From Candidatus Omnitrophota bacterium (GTDB taxonomy: Bacteria > Omnitrophota > Gorgyraeia > Zapsychrales > Fredricksoniimonadaceae): a stretch of DNA of 64,000 nt. The notes under the pieces are model-generated. The model searched no databases, had not been told where the DNA came from, and saw only the letters and a program-made list of their open reading frames with translations. Positions 1 to 9,334 of this stretch are shown piece by piece. The position numbers and the translations under genes were made by a program. How positions within the stretch are numbered: the first letter of the stretch is position 1; the number at the start of each line of letters is the position of its first letter. Location of the stretch: positions 85,951 to 149,950 of the forward strand of contig CAIVRE010000006.1 of assembly GCA_903908245.1 (NCBI GenBank). The letters are read 5' to 3'.

Positions 1-844
1 GGAACCTTTCCAGCGCCGAAAAATATCTCTTTCCTGACGGCAGTTCCCTCAAAAAGCCCCCCTTCAAGTCCATCACATAAAAACGCTCGCGGACCTTTTC
101 CGGGAACGAGAGGAAAACCCAGCTCGGAAGGACCCTCCCGTCCGGAAGAACGACCATGTCCCAGGCACCGCCGGCAGGGCAGGAATACCCGCGGCCGATC
201 ACACCAATACAGCCTTGCCGGATCTCCCATGCGGTGATCCGGCGATACTGCTCAAGGAACACCTTGGCCGAGCGCTTGTCCCAATCTTCAAGAAATGCCG
301 GATGCACCTCGACCGAACGAAGCCCAAAAGAAGCCAACAACTTGACGTTTTCCTCCAAACGGCAAACCCCTGAAGGATGGACCGTCATTGTGGCCGTAAA
401 CGCTTTACGGGTACGCCGCACGGACTTCAATCCACGAAGAATATCAACATACCGGACCCCCGACCCCGGCCGATTGGCCAGGACCGTTTGTTCATCGCCG
501 TCGATACCCGCTTCGATATTAATACCCCGCCGGGCCATGAACGCCGCCCGTCGATCATCCATCAATGTCATATTCGTCTGAACGGACACATACCTCTTGG
601 GATATCGCCGCTGTATCGCCGCAACCATCTTTTTAAGCGCATCCCAGGCGGCTAACGGCTCCCCTCCTGAAATAATGAACTCGCCTTTTTGCACCGCCAT
701 CGCGAGCGCAGCCCGGAACACCTCAAAAGGCATCACTTTCCGTCCGGTCTTATATTTAAAAAAACAATACCCGCACCGGAGGTTACATTTGTCGGTGATG
801 AACAACCAGACATGATTCAATCCTGATGGGACCCGCTCTGCCAT
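1..844 (-). CDS. Radical SAM protein (partial, runs off the window start; not in the ORF track)
   Basis: Manual translation from ATG at 844 gives MAERVPSGLNHVWLFITDKCNLRCGYCFF...FIISGGEPL...QTN...GIDGD...TMTVHP. It has the CxxxCxxC motif, stays open to the window edge, and is a paralogue of 1854..2882. Confidence 0.9.
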   Translation of the reverse strand, partial: MAERVPSGLNHVWLFITDKCNLRCGYCFFKYKTGRKVMPFEVFRAALAMAVQKGEFIISGGEPLAAWDALKKMVAAIQRRYPKRYVSVQTNMTLMDDRRAAFMARRGINIEAGIDGDEQTVLANRPGSGVRYVDILRGLKSVRRTRKAFTATMTVHPSGVCRLEENVKLLASFGLRSVEVHPAFLEDWDKRSAKVFLEQYRRITAWEIRQGCIGVIGRGYSCPAGGAWDMVVLPDGRVLPSWVFLSFPEKVRERFYVMDLKGGFLRELPSGKRYFSALERF

Positions 845-849
845 CACAC

Positions 850-1857
850 TCACAGGGACTCTCCACGCTGCCGGGCCATTTTCTTCCTGTTCATGGCCAG
901 GATCGTTCGTGCGACCTTCCTCTGCTCATCCACATGGATACACGCGCCACACGGTTCGAACATCTTCTGAAAATCGCCCCGCCGTCCTGCCATACGGATA
1001 CGCATGAACTCTTTTGAGAACCAAATGTCGTAAAGAGACCTTTTCTTTATATTCAGGACCGTCTTCTGCTGGACCGAACAACACCAGCCGACCCCTCCGC
1101 CAAGGTCATTCATCACAAAGAACCACCCTTCAAAACACGGGAACCGGCAGGAAGATCCCTGCTTTAGCTCCGGCGACAAGGCACCGGATCCCGGCCGGAT
1201 ATCCAGATCGTATGGATGAACATCCATCTTTTTGGCGATCAGCCCATCCGCGCCCAAATGCCGGATCAATGCCCGCATCCGGCCCTCAAGGCCCGCATTC
1301 AATCGATTGACCACAAAAACAATATGGATCCTGAATCCCGGTTTTCGCGCGTCCCGAAGCGCTGCCAACTTCCTGATATTCTCCGTTACCCGGACAAAAA
1401 AGTCCTGCCCCTGAAGCTCTTTATACAATTCCCGGTCGGGCGCGCTCAAATTAATGCGCACACTGTCCGCTTTAAGGACGTCCCGGCAAACCGCTGACGG
1501 AAAAGTCCCGTTGGATACGACCGCAACATCAAAAGGCTGCCGGCCCAGGATCGCCATCATATCGGCGAAACGAGGATGCAATGTGGGCTCTCCGTCGCCG
1601 GAAATATCCACTGAATCAACTTTCAGTCTTTTAAGGTCCCGGACAAGCTCTTTGAACTGGTCAAATGGAAGGTCCTTGCGCTTGCGTAAATGCCAGGGAT
1701 TCCCAGGGGCGTGCGCGCCGCAATACCGGCAGCGGAGAGTGCACCGATTAGTGATATTAAGCTTGGCCATCTGCGGGCCGATATAAACCTTTCCGTCACT
1801 GGCGCCGAGGACGCGCAACCCTCTCCTGTTCATTTTCTCTTTAATACTGATCTTCAT
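850..1857 (-). CDS. Radical SAM/SPASM(twitch)-domain protein
   Basis: CTLRCRYC and SGDGEPTLHP motifs, with C-terminal Cys cluster CFEGWF..WCC..CGAC. Start moved to ATG 1857, giving an ATGA overlap with the upstream stop. Paralogue of 7279 and 8290. Confidence 0.9.
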   Translation of the reverse strand: MKISIKEKMNRRGLRVLGASDGKVYIGPQMAKLNITNRCTLRCRYCGAHAPGNPWHLRKRKDLPFDQFKELVRDLKRLKVDSVDISGDGEPTLHPRFADMMAILGRQPFDVAVVSNGTFPSAVCRDVLKADSVRINLSAPDRELYKELQGQDFFVRVTENIRKLAALRDARKPGFRIHIVFVVNRLNAGLEGRMRALIRHLGADGLIAKKMDVHPYDLDIRPGSGALSPELKQGSSCRFPCFEGWFFVMNDLGGGVGWCCSVQQKTVLNIKKRSLYDIWFSKEFMRIRMAGRRGDFQKMFEPCGACIHVDEQRKVARTILAMNRKKMARQRGESL

Positions 1858-2882
1858 GCCCGGCGTCTTTCTTTCAGGATCATCATCCAATGCATTTTTG
1901 TCAGGAACCTCATCAATGCGACGATCTGCGTGGTATTAATGTACTCCTTGCCCATGATCCTGTTGACCAGGTCAAAATTACAACAGACAAGGTCACGGTA
2001 TGTGACCCTCGTCCTGCGATGATGCAACGCAGAATAAGCCCTCTGATAGAACGCCAGCACCTCCGGCCTGAGATCCCCGGTCTTGAGCGCCCAAAGGCTC
2101 GACCGCGACCGCTGAGCCTCCGGCAAACAGAGGAATGCATCCCCGGCCAAAAGATGCCCCGGCGGATGCAGGCTCAGGTCCATGACCCCGGGATGAATGA
2201 ATTCCTGGTCCTCACTGGTTAAAAGGACCTGCCTCAGCGATGGATCGGCAATGACCATCTTATAATTCTCACGGAACTGTGCCACAGCCCCCGGCGTCCA
2301 GGGCATGAAGGCCGCAGGGGTAACATCAACAGAGCCCAGGCCGAGTGTCTTCAAAAAAGTCGCCTGGTGAAGCATGTCCCCCGAGGCTTCAGGATGGACC
2401 GTCATGGTACAGCCGCATTTAATACCGGCAGCCACACACAACCTGATATTCCTGACAAGTTTAACGTACCCGGCACTCTCCAGGCCGCAACGATGGCGCA
2501 CGGTCACATCCTTGTCCCCGTCAATACCGAACTCCAGGCTAACCCCGGATCGACGGATAAAAGCGATCCGTCCGGGCGTAAGCAAAGTCCCGTTCGTCTG
2601 TAAATGAATGTGCCGACCGGGAAAACGCCGCTGCAAAGTGGCCACCAGCCAGCGGAACTGGTCCCAGCAAAGCAATGGTTCTCCGCCACTGATAACAAAA
2701 GAACCAGGGCCGGAAGAAAGCCCCTGCATCAGATCAAGGGACCGGATGATCACCTCCCGTGGAAGGTCACGGGCCCTTTTGTCACGGAAATAACAATACG
2801 CACACCGGAGCGTGCAACGCTCCGTCAAATAAAAATACGCCGACCGGATATGAACCTTAGACTGCTCTTTCCCGACCATCAA
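1854..2882 (-). CDS. Radical SAM protein
   Basis: CTLRCAYC, FVISGGEPLL, QTNG, GIDGD and TMTVHP motifs. Confidence 0.9.
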   Translation of the reverse strand: MMVGKEQSKVHIRSAYFYLTERCTLRCAYCYFRDKRARDLPREVIIRSLDLMQGLSSGPGSFVISGGEPLLCWDQFRWLVATLQRRFPGRHIHLQTNGTLLTPGRIAFIRRSGVSLEFGIDGDKDVTVRHRCGLESAGYVKLVRNIRLCVAAGIKCGCTMTVHPEASGDMLHQATFLKTLGLGSVDVTPAAFMPWTPGAVAQFRENYKMVIADPSLRQVLLTSEDQEFIHPGVMDLSLHPPGHLLAGDAFLCLPEAQRSRSSLWALKTGDLRPEVLAFYQRAYSALHHRRTRVTYRDLVCCNFDLVNRIMGKEYINTTQIVALMRFLTKMHWMMILKERRRA

Positions 2883-4032
2883 TAAAATACCTTATTTTCC
2901 CGTTTGCCATCCTGGGGACCGCGCCATGGAACGCCTTTGCAACAACACACGGATCTATCCCGGCGACAAGCCGGAGAAGGCCCGTCAACTTTGGGCCAAC
3001 AGGCATATCGGCGGCCGGAATATTGACCAAAAGAGTGTCCTTGTATGTTGTGCTATCCTTTTTGATCTCAAAAAAGAAATCCGGATGCCCCAAAAGATCG
3101 TTGACCGTCCGGATCATCATGCTTTTGACGCCCACCACGCCATTCACAAGGACAGTATCCTCCGTTCTGGATAATACCTTCACCATGATCGCACCACGCC
3201 GCCGACAAAGCTCCACCCGATCGCCCAGGCGGTAACGGATAAAAGGCATGCAGGTATTTTCCAGGTCTGTCACAAGCAAAGCCCCGACCCCTTCATCGGC
3301 CGCGGTCCCGTCATCCCTGAGGACCTCAAAAAAAAGTCCGTCAGAGAACACGGACATATACGGATCTTCCGGCCTTCGGGTGATCGCGAACCCGGAAACC
3401 TCCATCGCCCCGTAATGATCATGGATCCGGACCTTCCCGATCCGTTCGATCCGTTCCCGATACGACGGCCACAACGGCTCTCCATTGACCACGCATTTTC
3501 TGATCGAATGCCTGGCCCCAAGCCTTGAAAAAAGGTCGAACAGCTGGTTGGTATAGGCATTCACTATCGCAGGACGCAAGGCCCGGATAAGGCTCACGGC
3601 TTCATCACATTTTTGCGGAGTGCTGATACCCCCTAAAGCAATGACCCCCGAACCAGCCGCTTTATAAGCCGCCTCCATCATACGTCCGCCGCTGTTCAAC
3701 TCGTAGGAACACAAATTAAGGCACACCTCCCCCGGCCCGGCCCCTATGCTGCGGTACATCCGGGCAAGCCGGCGAAGATGCATGTTATACGCCGCCCGGG
3801 AATGCACGATCAAAAGACGGGAACCGGTCGAACCGGATGTGGATGTGATATTGAACGCGGAAGGGATAAAACCCGCAGCGGCAAAGGCTTTCAGGTCCGC
3901 ACGCGCCATCACCGGAAGCCGAAGGATATCTTCTTTCTTCCTGAGTGGCAGTAAGACCTTCCGGTAGCCACGCACGCGCACCATAAAACCCGATACAAGC
4001 GCGGATATCTTTTTCAAGGCAAGGCTACTCAT
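2857..4032 (-). CDS. Phenylacetate-CoA ligase (PaaK)-family adenylate-forming enzyme
   Basis: TSTSGSTG P-loop-like motif, plus HYGAME and PFIRYRLGD. Confidence 0.85.
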   Translation of the reverse strand: MSSLALKKISALVSGFMVRVRGYRKVLLPLRKKEDILRLPVMARADLKAFAAAGFIPSAFNITSTSGSTGSRLLIVHSRAAYNMHLRRLARMYRSIGAGPGEVCLNLCSYELNSGGRMMEAAYKAAGSGVIALGGISTPQKCDEAVSLIRALRPAIVNAYTNQLFDLFSRLGARHSIRKCVVNGEPLWPSYRERIERIGKVRIHDHYGAMEVSGFAITRRPEDPYMSVFSDGLFFEVLRDDGTAADEGVGALLVTDLENTCMPFIRYRLGDRVELCRRRGAIMVKVLSRTEDTVLVNGVVGVKSMMIRTVNDLLGHPDFFFEIKKDSTTYKDTLLVNIPAADMPVGPKLTGLLRLVAGIDPCVVAKAFHGAVPRMANGKIRYFIDGRERAV

Positions 4033-4958
4033 TAAAAGCCTCTCCGGATCTTTATGTCCGTTTTATCAGCGAACGCGGAACTGATACCGGTCAACGCCGG
4101 AACAGCGATCCGGTGCCGCCGGGCAATTTCCAGGAGCGCCCCGGTCATAAAACACATTTCCGTCGGACGGCCGGACATAACATCCGTATAGGTCGAGCCC
4201 ATATGACGGATCACTCCGTAACGGCCAAGGCGGATGCCATCCACCGCGCGCATGGGGTCAAAAGCAAGGCGGACCCCTTCCGCCGCCGCCAAACGCTTCC
4301 CTTCCAGGATAGCCCTGCGGGCCAGCCCATACACCGCCGCATCCTCCTTAAGGATATCATACCCGCGGCCGGTAATGACAGGAAGCGGGTTCATGACGGC
4401 ATTAAAAATAAGCTTCGCCCACACCGCACGCCGCGGATCCGCAACGGCGGCAGACCTGACCCCTGCCCTGGCGAACAGCGCGGCGATCTTTCTCGCCCCG
4501 GCCCCCCCCGCGAACACCTTCCCGCGAAAAGCGATCTCAACGCGCCCTGCCCCGGCCTCACGACAGGCAATGGTCGCAACCCCGCGGGAAATATCAGCAC
4601 TCCTGAAAAGATCCGTCGCCCAGGAAAGATCGAAGATCCCGTTCTGCGGGAAAAAAACATTCTTTGCCCTGGCATAACGCGCCGTCAGCTCCGCCGCGGC
4701 ACGCACCCCCGCGACCTTGGTCGTGATAATGATAAGGTCGAACAAACGCCCGGATAATTCCCGAGGGTGATCGACCACTTCCGCTCGCGCATGAAAGGCC
4801 TTCCGGCCCTCCTTCAAAAAGATCCCCCGGCGGCGAATGATACGGCGAGTCCTCTCCCCACGGTCATACACCGTAATGGCAGCGACCGATGACAACATCG
4901 CCGCCAAAGAACAACCAAGGGCCCCGCAGCCAACGATCAGGACATTCTTCTTTATCAT
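4032..4958 (-). CDS. Ketopantoate reductase (PanE/ApbA)-family 2-oxoacid reductase
   Basis: Rossmann GCGALG, QNG, WAKLIFNAVMNPL (catalytic Lys/Asn) and RPTE. Confidence 0.85.
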   Translation of the reverse strand: MIKKNVLIVGCGALGCSLAAMLSSVAAITVYDRGERTRRIIRRRGIFLKEGRKAFHARAEVVDHPRELSGRLFDLIIITTKVAGVRAAAELTARYARAKNVFFPQNGIFDLSWATDLFRSADISRGVATIACREAGAGRVEIAFRGKVFAGGAGARKIAALFARAGVRSAAVADPRRAVWAKLIFNAVMNPLPVITGRGYDILKEDAAVYGLARRAILEGKRLAAAEGVRLAFDPMRAVDGIRLGRYGVIRHMGSTYTDVMSGRPTEMCFMTGALLEIARRHRIAVPALTGISSAFADKTDIKIRRGF

Positions 4959-5851
4959 GACACCATAACTTTCAGCTCTGACAACACTTTTAATGCCCGC
5001 GTTCTGGCCTCAGCGCTCTTTAAATATTCATCGAGCTTCTTAAGCCGGCCCTGTGATCCCTTCGGATCCCAGAATCCCCTTTGGATCAATGTGCTCATCA
5101 ATGCCAAATGAGGATTATACCCCCGGGCCTTCCTGAAAAGATACATGCACGCATGAACGATCTCGCAGGAGGTCTCCTCCGACCTGAACTCCTCGGTCCG
5201 GGAGATACCGACCTCCTTCTTCAAGACACGGAATATCTCCGCTTCAGTGACCAAAAAGGTATTCAACGGGTAACAAACATCAACGGCCACTTTTCTCTTT
5301 TTTAAACGGGTCGCATCCATTGCCGCGATGAACTGCGCGATCACCGGCGTGGGAGGAGGGCCTCCGGTTTCCCAAAGCTGCGGATGCTCCAGGTCGAATT
5401 TGCCTGTCATGACCAAAGGGATCCCGCTTGCTCCTGCATGTCTCTCGATCACCAAAGGAAGCACCCTGGAACACACATCGCACGGCAGCCCTACGGAAGC
5501 GGAAAGGAACCCCTGACGAAAAGTCTGCCGGTACATCTTCCGGAACAAGCGTGCCTCATCAAGAACGACGTGGTCCATCCCCAAACGTCCGGTGACACGT
5601 TCCACATTCTTGAACGCCAGCGGCTCCATGAACCCGTTATCAACGGTCACCCCGAGAGCGCGAAGCTTGTATCTTTTCGACACCAGCCACGCCAGGTACG
5701 CGCTGTCTTTCCCCCCGCTCAAAGCCAGGACAACATGGTATTTCATGTCGCTTCGCCTAAGGCGTGCCAACCGCGCCTCAAGTTCCCCGCGCAGCTTTTC
5801 TCTCAACACGCCGACCTGTCTGGAAGACAAACGGATCATCTGACAACCCAT
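4955..5851 (-). CDS. PP-loop (adenine nucleotide alpha-hydrolase) ATPase, N-acetyl-sugar amidotransferase-like
   Basis: LALSGGKDS, VTVDNGF and PCDVC motifs. The start is uncertain; ATG 5851 or 5839 is more likely than 5917. Confidence 0.75.
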   Translation of the reverse strand: MGCQMIRLSSRQVGVLREKLRGELEARLARLRRSDMKYHVVLALSGGKDSAYLAWLVSKRYKLRALGVTVDNGFMEPLAFKNVERVTGRLGMDHVVLDEARLFRKMYRQTFRQGFLSASVGLPCDVCSRVLPLVIERHAGASGIPLVMTGKFDLEHPQLWETGGPPPTPVIAQFIAAMDATRLKKRKVAVDVCYPLNTFLVTEAEIFRVLKKEVGISRTEEFRSEETSCEIVHACMYLFRKARGYNPHLALMSTLIQRGFWDPKGSQGRLKKLDEYLKSAEARTRALKVLSELKVMVS

Positions 5852-5917
5852 ATCCTTCGATCCCCGGATTAAACAGAACAACTGCACTTTGACCCCAAAG
5901 ACCGTAATAACAAGCAA

Positions 5918-6002
5918 ATATCCTAACTATTTATATTTATATAATTATATCATATAATTAAAACATACAGCGTCGTATCACGATCGGCACCAGGACCATT
6001 GA
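5918..6002. promoter_or_regulatory. AT-rich divergent promoter region between the left and middle operons of the cluster
   Basis: Almost pure A/T run (ttatatttatataattatatcatataattaaaa) with TATAAT-like boxes on both strands, lying between divergent genes. Confidence 0.6.
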
Positions 6003-7268
6003 ATGACAATGAAAAACGATCCCCGTTCTACCGCCAATATATTCCTGCCGCCCGTGACATTCTCGGCGTGCATGAATCACTGGACCATGCGCCTTTACAC
6101 CGCCTATGTTTATCTGGCACTGCGCGACAATGATCTGCGCGTACAGTTTTACGACCATCTCGACGACATCCCCGGCTTCGAAAAACACCTTCGATCGCAA
6201 ATAACAAAAAGCCCCCGCAGCAGGAACATCCATGGCATCGCCATGTTCCTGGGAAATAAAAAGAACGCGTTAAGGCTCATGCAACAGATCAGGGCCAAGG
6301 ACCCCCGCGGGCTGATCGTGGCCTTTGGCCCGACCGCCTCTTTTTTCCACCGGCAGATCCTGACCCGCGGCCTGGCCGATATTGTCATTACCGCAGACCC
6401 CGAGTTTGTTTTCCCGAAGCTCGTCCGGGCCGGAACAGATATCTCCACGGTCCCTAACCTGGCCCTTCTGCAACATGAAAAGATCATGAAAACCCGGCCA
6501 AAAACCTTTACCGACCTGGACTCCCTTCCTTTCGCCGGACAATATTTCTGTGATAAAGGACTGACGCCGGTCCCGGTCGTAACAGCCCGCGGATGTCCTT
6601 TCAGCTGTTCTTTCTGTGACCGCCCGCTCCTGTGGGGCGCACAAACACGCCTGCGGAGCGTTGATAATATTTTCGCCGAGATCCATTCCCTGGTAACCCG
6701 CTACAACCTCCCGCGGCTGTTCTTCGATGACGCCAATTTTATTCTCAATAAGGACCGGACCATCCATTTATGCCAACAGCTGACGAAACTGCCGAAACCC
6801 GTTTCCTGGGGCTGCACCGCCAGGGTTGATTGCGCCGACCCGAAAACCCTGCGCCTGATGCGATACGCCGGCTGCGAAACGGTTTATTTCGGGATCGAGT
6901 CCGGCGATGAAACGATCCTGCGGAATATAGGGAAGGAATACGGGCAAAAAGAGATCCTGCAGGCGGTTAAATGGACCCGGGACGCAGGCATAAAAGTGGG
7001 GATCTTCCTGACTGTCGGGAATCCTGGCGAATCCGGCCGATCACTGGTCAAAACGAAGAAACTTTTACGCGATCTGTACCCTTTTTCCGAACTCACGATC
7101 AACCCTCTGGTGGTGCTGCCCGGGACCCCCATCTATGCCCGATTCATCAAAGAAAAAAAGATCACCGAAGAAGCCTGTTTCGACAATGACACCCTGATGT
7201 TCTTCGATACCAAGGCCCAGGCCTACATGAAAGATATTGCCCAGTTGAGAAAGTTCTTTAAACAATGA
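6003..7268 (+). CDS. B12-binding-domain-type (class B-like) radical SAM protein, divergent N-terminus
   Basis: TARGCPFSCSFC, FDDANF, GIESG and VGNPGE motifs, with an N-terminal Rossmannoid region. Confidence 0.85.
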   Translation: MTMKNDPRSTANIFLPPVTFSACMNHWTMRLYTAYVYLALRDNDLRVQFYDHLDDIPGFEKHLRSQITKSPRSRNIHGIAMFLGNKKNALRLMQQIRAKDPRGLIVAFGPTASFFHRQILTRGLADIVITADPEFVFPKLVRAGTDISTVPNLALLQHEKIMKTRPKTFTDLDSLPFAGQYFCDKGLTPVPVVTARGCPFSCSFCDRPLLWGAQTRLRSVDNIFAEIHSLVTRYNLPRLFFDDANFILNKDRTIHLCQQLTKLPKPVSWGCTARVDCADPKTLRLMRYAGCETVYFGIESGDETILRNIGKEYGQKEILQAVKWTRDAGIKVGIFLTVGNPGESGRSLVKTKKLLRDLYPFSELTINPLVVLPGTPIYARFIKEKKITEEACFDNDTLMFFDTKAQAYMKDIAQLRKFFKQ

Positions 7269-7278
7269 AAGACAACCG

Positions 7279-8274
7279 ATGATCCTTAAAGAAAATGAAC
7301 TGTTGCTTCGGCGGCGGCTTCGCGTGGCCGGCATCCGCGACAATAAATTGTATATCGGCCCGGAAGTGGTCCACCTCCACATCACGAACCGCTGCAATCT
7401 GCGTTGCCGGCACTGCTGGTACCATTCTCCGGATAATCCCGTGCACACCCGTCCGGCCCAGGACATGCCTTTGGCGGAATTCGACGCCATATTAAAAGAC
7501 TGCGCGGACCTGAAAGTCGACGCCCTTTATATCTCCGCCGAAGGAGAGCCGACCTTACATCCGCAATTCGAACAGATGATGGATCACGCAGCGAAATTCC
7601 CGTTAGCTTTAACGGTCTTTACGAATGCCGCATTCCCCGCCAGACTTCGCCCGGCTTTATTAAAAGCCGACCGCCTGATCATAGACATTAGCGCCGCGGA
7701 TGCCAAAATGTATCACGCCATCCATGGCGCGGATCATTTCAACAAAGTCATTGCCAACATCAAGGCATTATCGCGGATGAACGGGGCCTCGGGTAAAGAC
7801 GGCCTGATGTCTGTCACTTGTATCATCAATAAACTTAACGCGTCACGGACCGGGGAAATATCAAAACTGATGAACGACATGGGCATTAATTCTGTGGATT
7901 TCAAACCCATGCAGCCTCATGCCCATAACCAGGACATCCTGGTCCCCCAAAAAGATCAGCCGGCCCATTGTTTAAATCAGCCCCCTTTATTTAAGTGGTG
8001 CTTTCAAGGCTGGTTCTATATATCGATAAGATTGGACGGGCAGATCAGTTATTGCTGTTATGTCAACGAAATGAACGCCGCGCGATTGAACAAGGGATCG
8101 CTCAAGGCCGCCTGGAGATCACTGTCCCTGATGAAGGCACGCCTTCTGGGAAAGACCGGGCAACTCGGCAGGAAGTTCAGGGAATGCCCGGGGTGCGCCT
8201 TCCGAAAACAGAATACGGCCGTTCTTGCCGAATTGGCAAGAATGAAGAAAAATAGGTCCGTGCACACTCCTTAA
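7279..8274 (+). CDS. Radical SAM/SPASM(twitch)-domain protein
   Basis: CNLRCRHC, EGEPTLHP and CFQGWF..YCC..CPGC motifs. Confidence 0.9.
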   Translation: MILKENELLLRRRLRVAGIRDNKLYIGPEVVHLHITNRCNLRCRHCWYHSPDNPVHTRPAQDMPLAEFDAILKDCADLKVDALYISAEGEPTLHPQFEQMMDHAAKFPLALTVFTNAAFPARLRPALLKADRLIIDISAADAKMYHAIHGADHFNKVIANIKALSRMNGASGKDGLMSVTCIINKLNASRTGEISKLMNDMGINSVDFKPMQPHAHNQDILVPQKDQPAHCLNQPPLFKWCFQGWFYISIRLDGQISYCCYVNEMNAARLNKGSLKAAWRSLSLMKARLLGKTGQLGRKFRECPGCAFRKQNTAVLAELARMKKNRSVHTP

Positions 8275-8289
8275 AATGAAAGACCGTCG

Positions 8290-9285
8290 ATGATCCTGGA
8301 AAAAAATGAACAAGAACGCCGGTGGCGCCTTCGGGTGGCAGGGGCCCGTGATGAAAAACTGTATATCGGCCCGGAGATCGTTCATTTGCATATTACGAAC
8401 CGCTGCAATTTACGCTGCCGATACTGCTGGCACCATTCCCCCGGGAATCCGGAGCTCGCTCATCCGGCCCAGGACCTGCCTTTCAGGAAGTTCTGTGCCA
8501 TATTAAAAGACTGCCGGACATTGAAAGTCAATAACCTTTATATCTCCGGCGAAGGGGAACCGACCCTGCATCCCCGGTTTGCGCAAATGATGGACCTGGC
8601 CGAACAATATCCTTTGGCCGTTACGGTCTTTAGCAATGCCACCTTTCCGTCCAGCCTGCTCCCGGCCCTGTTAAAAGCGGACCATCTGGTCGTTGATCTT
8701 AGTGCGCCTGATGCCGCCGATTATCAGATCATCCACGGAGCGGATCATTTCAACCGCGTCGTCAATAACATCAAGGCCCTGTCGCAAATGCGCAAAGACC
8801 TCGGGAAACATCTCTCCATAACAGGCCGCTGTGTCATGAACCGGATCAATCAGCCGCGCCTTCATGAAATATCAGGCCTGATGAGGTCCATCGGAGTTGA
8901 CTCGATAGAACTCGTCCCGATGCAGCCAACCCCGTTCAACCGCGATATTGCGATCAAGCCGAAAGATCCATTACCCCATGGCCCGAAAAAAGGCCCTGAA
9001 TGCAACCGTTGTTTTAATGGATGGTTCTATCTTTCAGCAAGGCTCAACGGCCAGATGAGTTACTGCTGCCGGGTCCCTCAGATCAACACCGGGCATCTAT
9101 ACCGAAGCTCATTGAAAACAGCCTGGGGATCAAAAAAATTCATGGCCCTGCGCGTTCTGGGAAAGACCAGCCAGATCAATAAGAAATTCAAGGAATGCGC
9201 GGAATGTCATTACAAACGACAGAATATAGCGGTACTTCTCGAACTCGCAAGAATGAAACGAATAACCCCGCGAAAAAGCCCGTGA
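8290..9285 (+). CDS. Radical SAM/SPASM(twitch)-domain protein, tandem paralogue of 7279..8274
   Basis: CNLRCRYC, SGEGEPTLHP and CFNGWF..YCC..CAEC motifs. Same length as 7279..8274 (331 aa). Confidence 0.9.
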   Translation: MILEKNEQERRWRLRVAGARDEKLYIGPEIVHLHITNRCNLRCRYCWHHSPGNPELAHPAQDLPFRKFCAILKDCRTLKVNNLYISGEGEPTLHPRFAQMMDLAEQYPLAVTVFSNATFPSSLLPALLKADHLVVDLSAPDAADYQIIHGADHFNRVVNNIKALSQMRKDLGKHLSITGRCVMNRINQPRLHEISGLMRSIGVDSIELVPMQPTPFNRDIAIKPKDPLPHGPKKGPECNRCFNGWFYLSARLNGQMSYCCRVPQINTGHLYRSSLKTAWGSKKFMALRVLGKTSQINKKFKECAECHYKRQNIAVLLELARMKRITPRKSP

Positions 9286-9334
9286 CCAACAGATATGTAA
9301 ACATCCCTGTTTATGTTATTATGATCGATAAAAT

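Noticed and set aside
4032-4958. Calling this gene panE for pantothenate synthesis
   Set aside because: The family is clear, but there is no panB/panC context and it is coupled to cluster genes, so the symbol was withheld.
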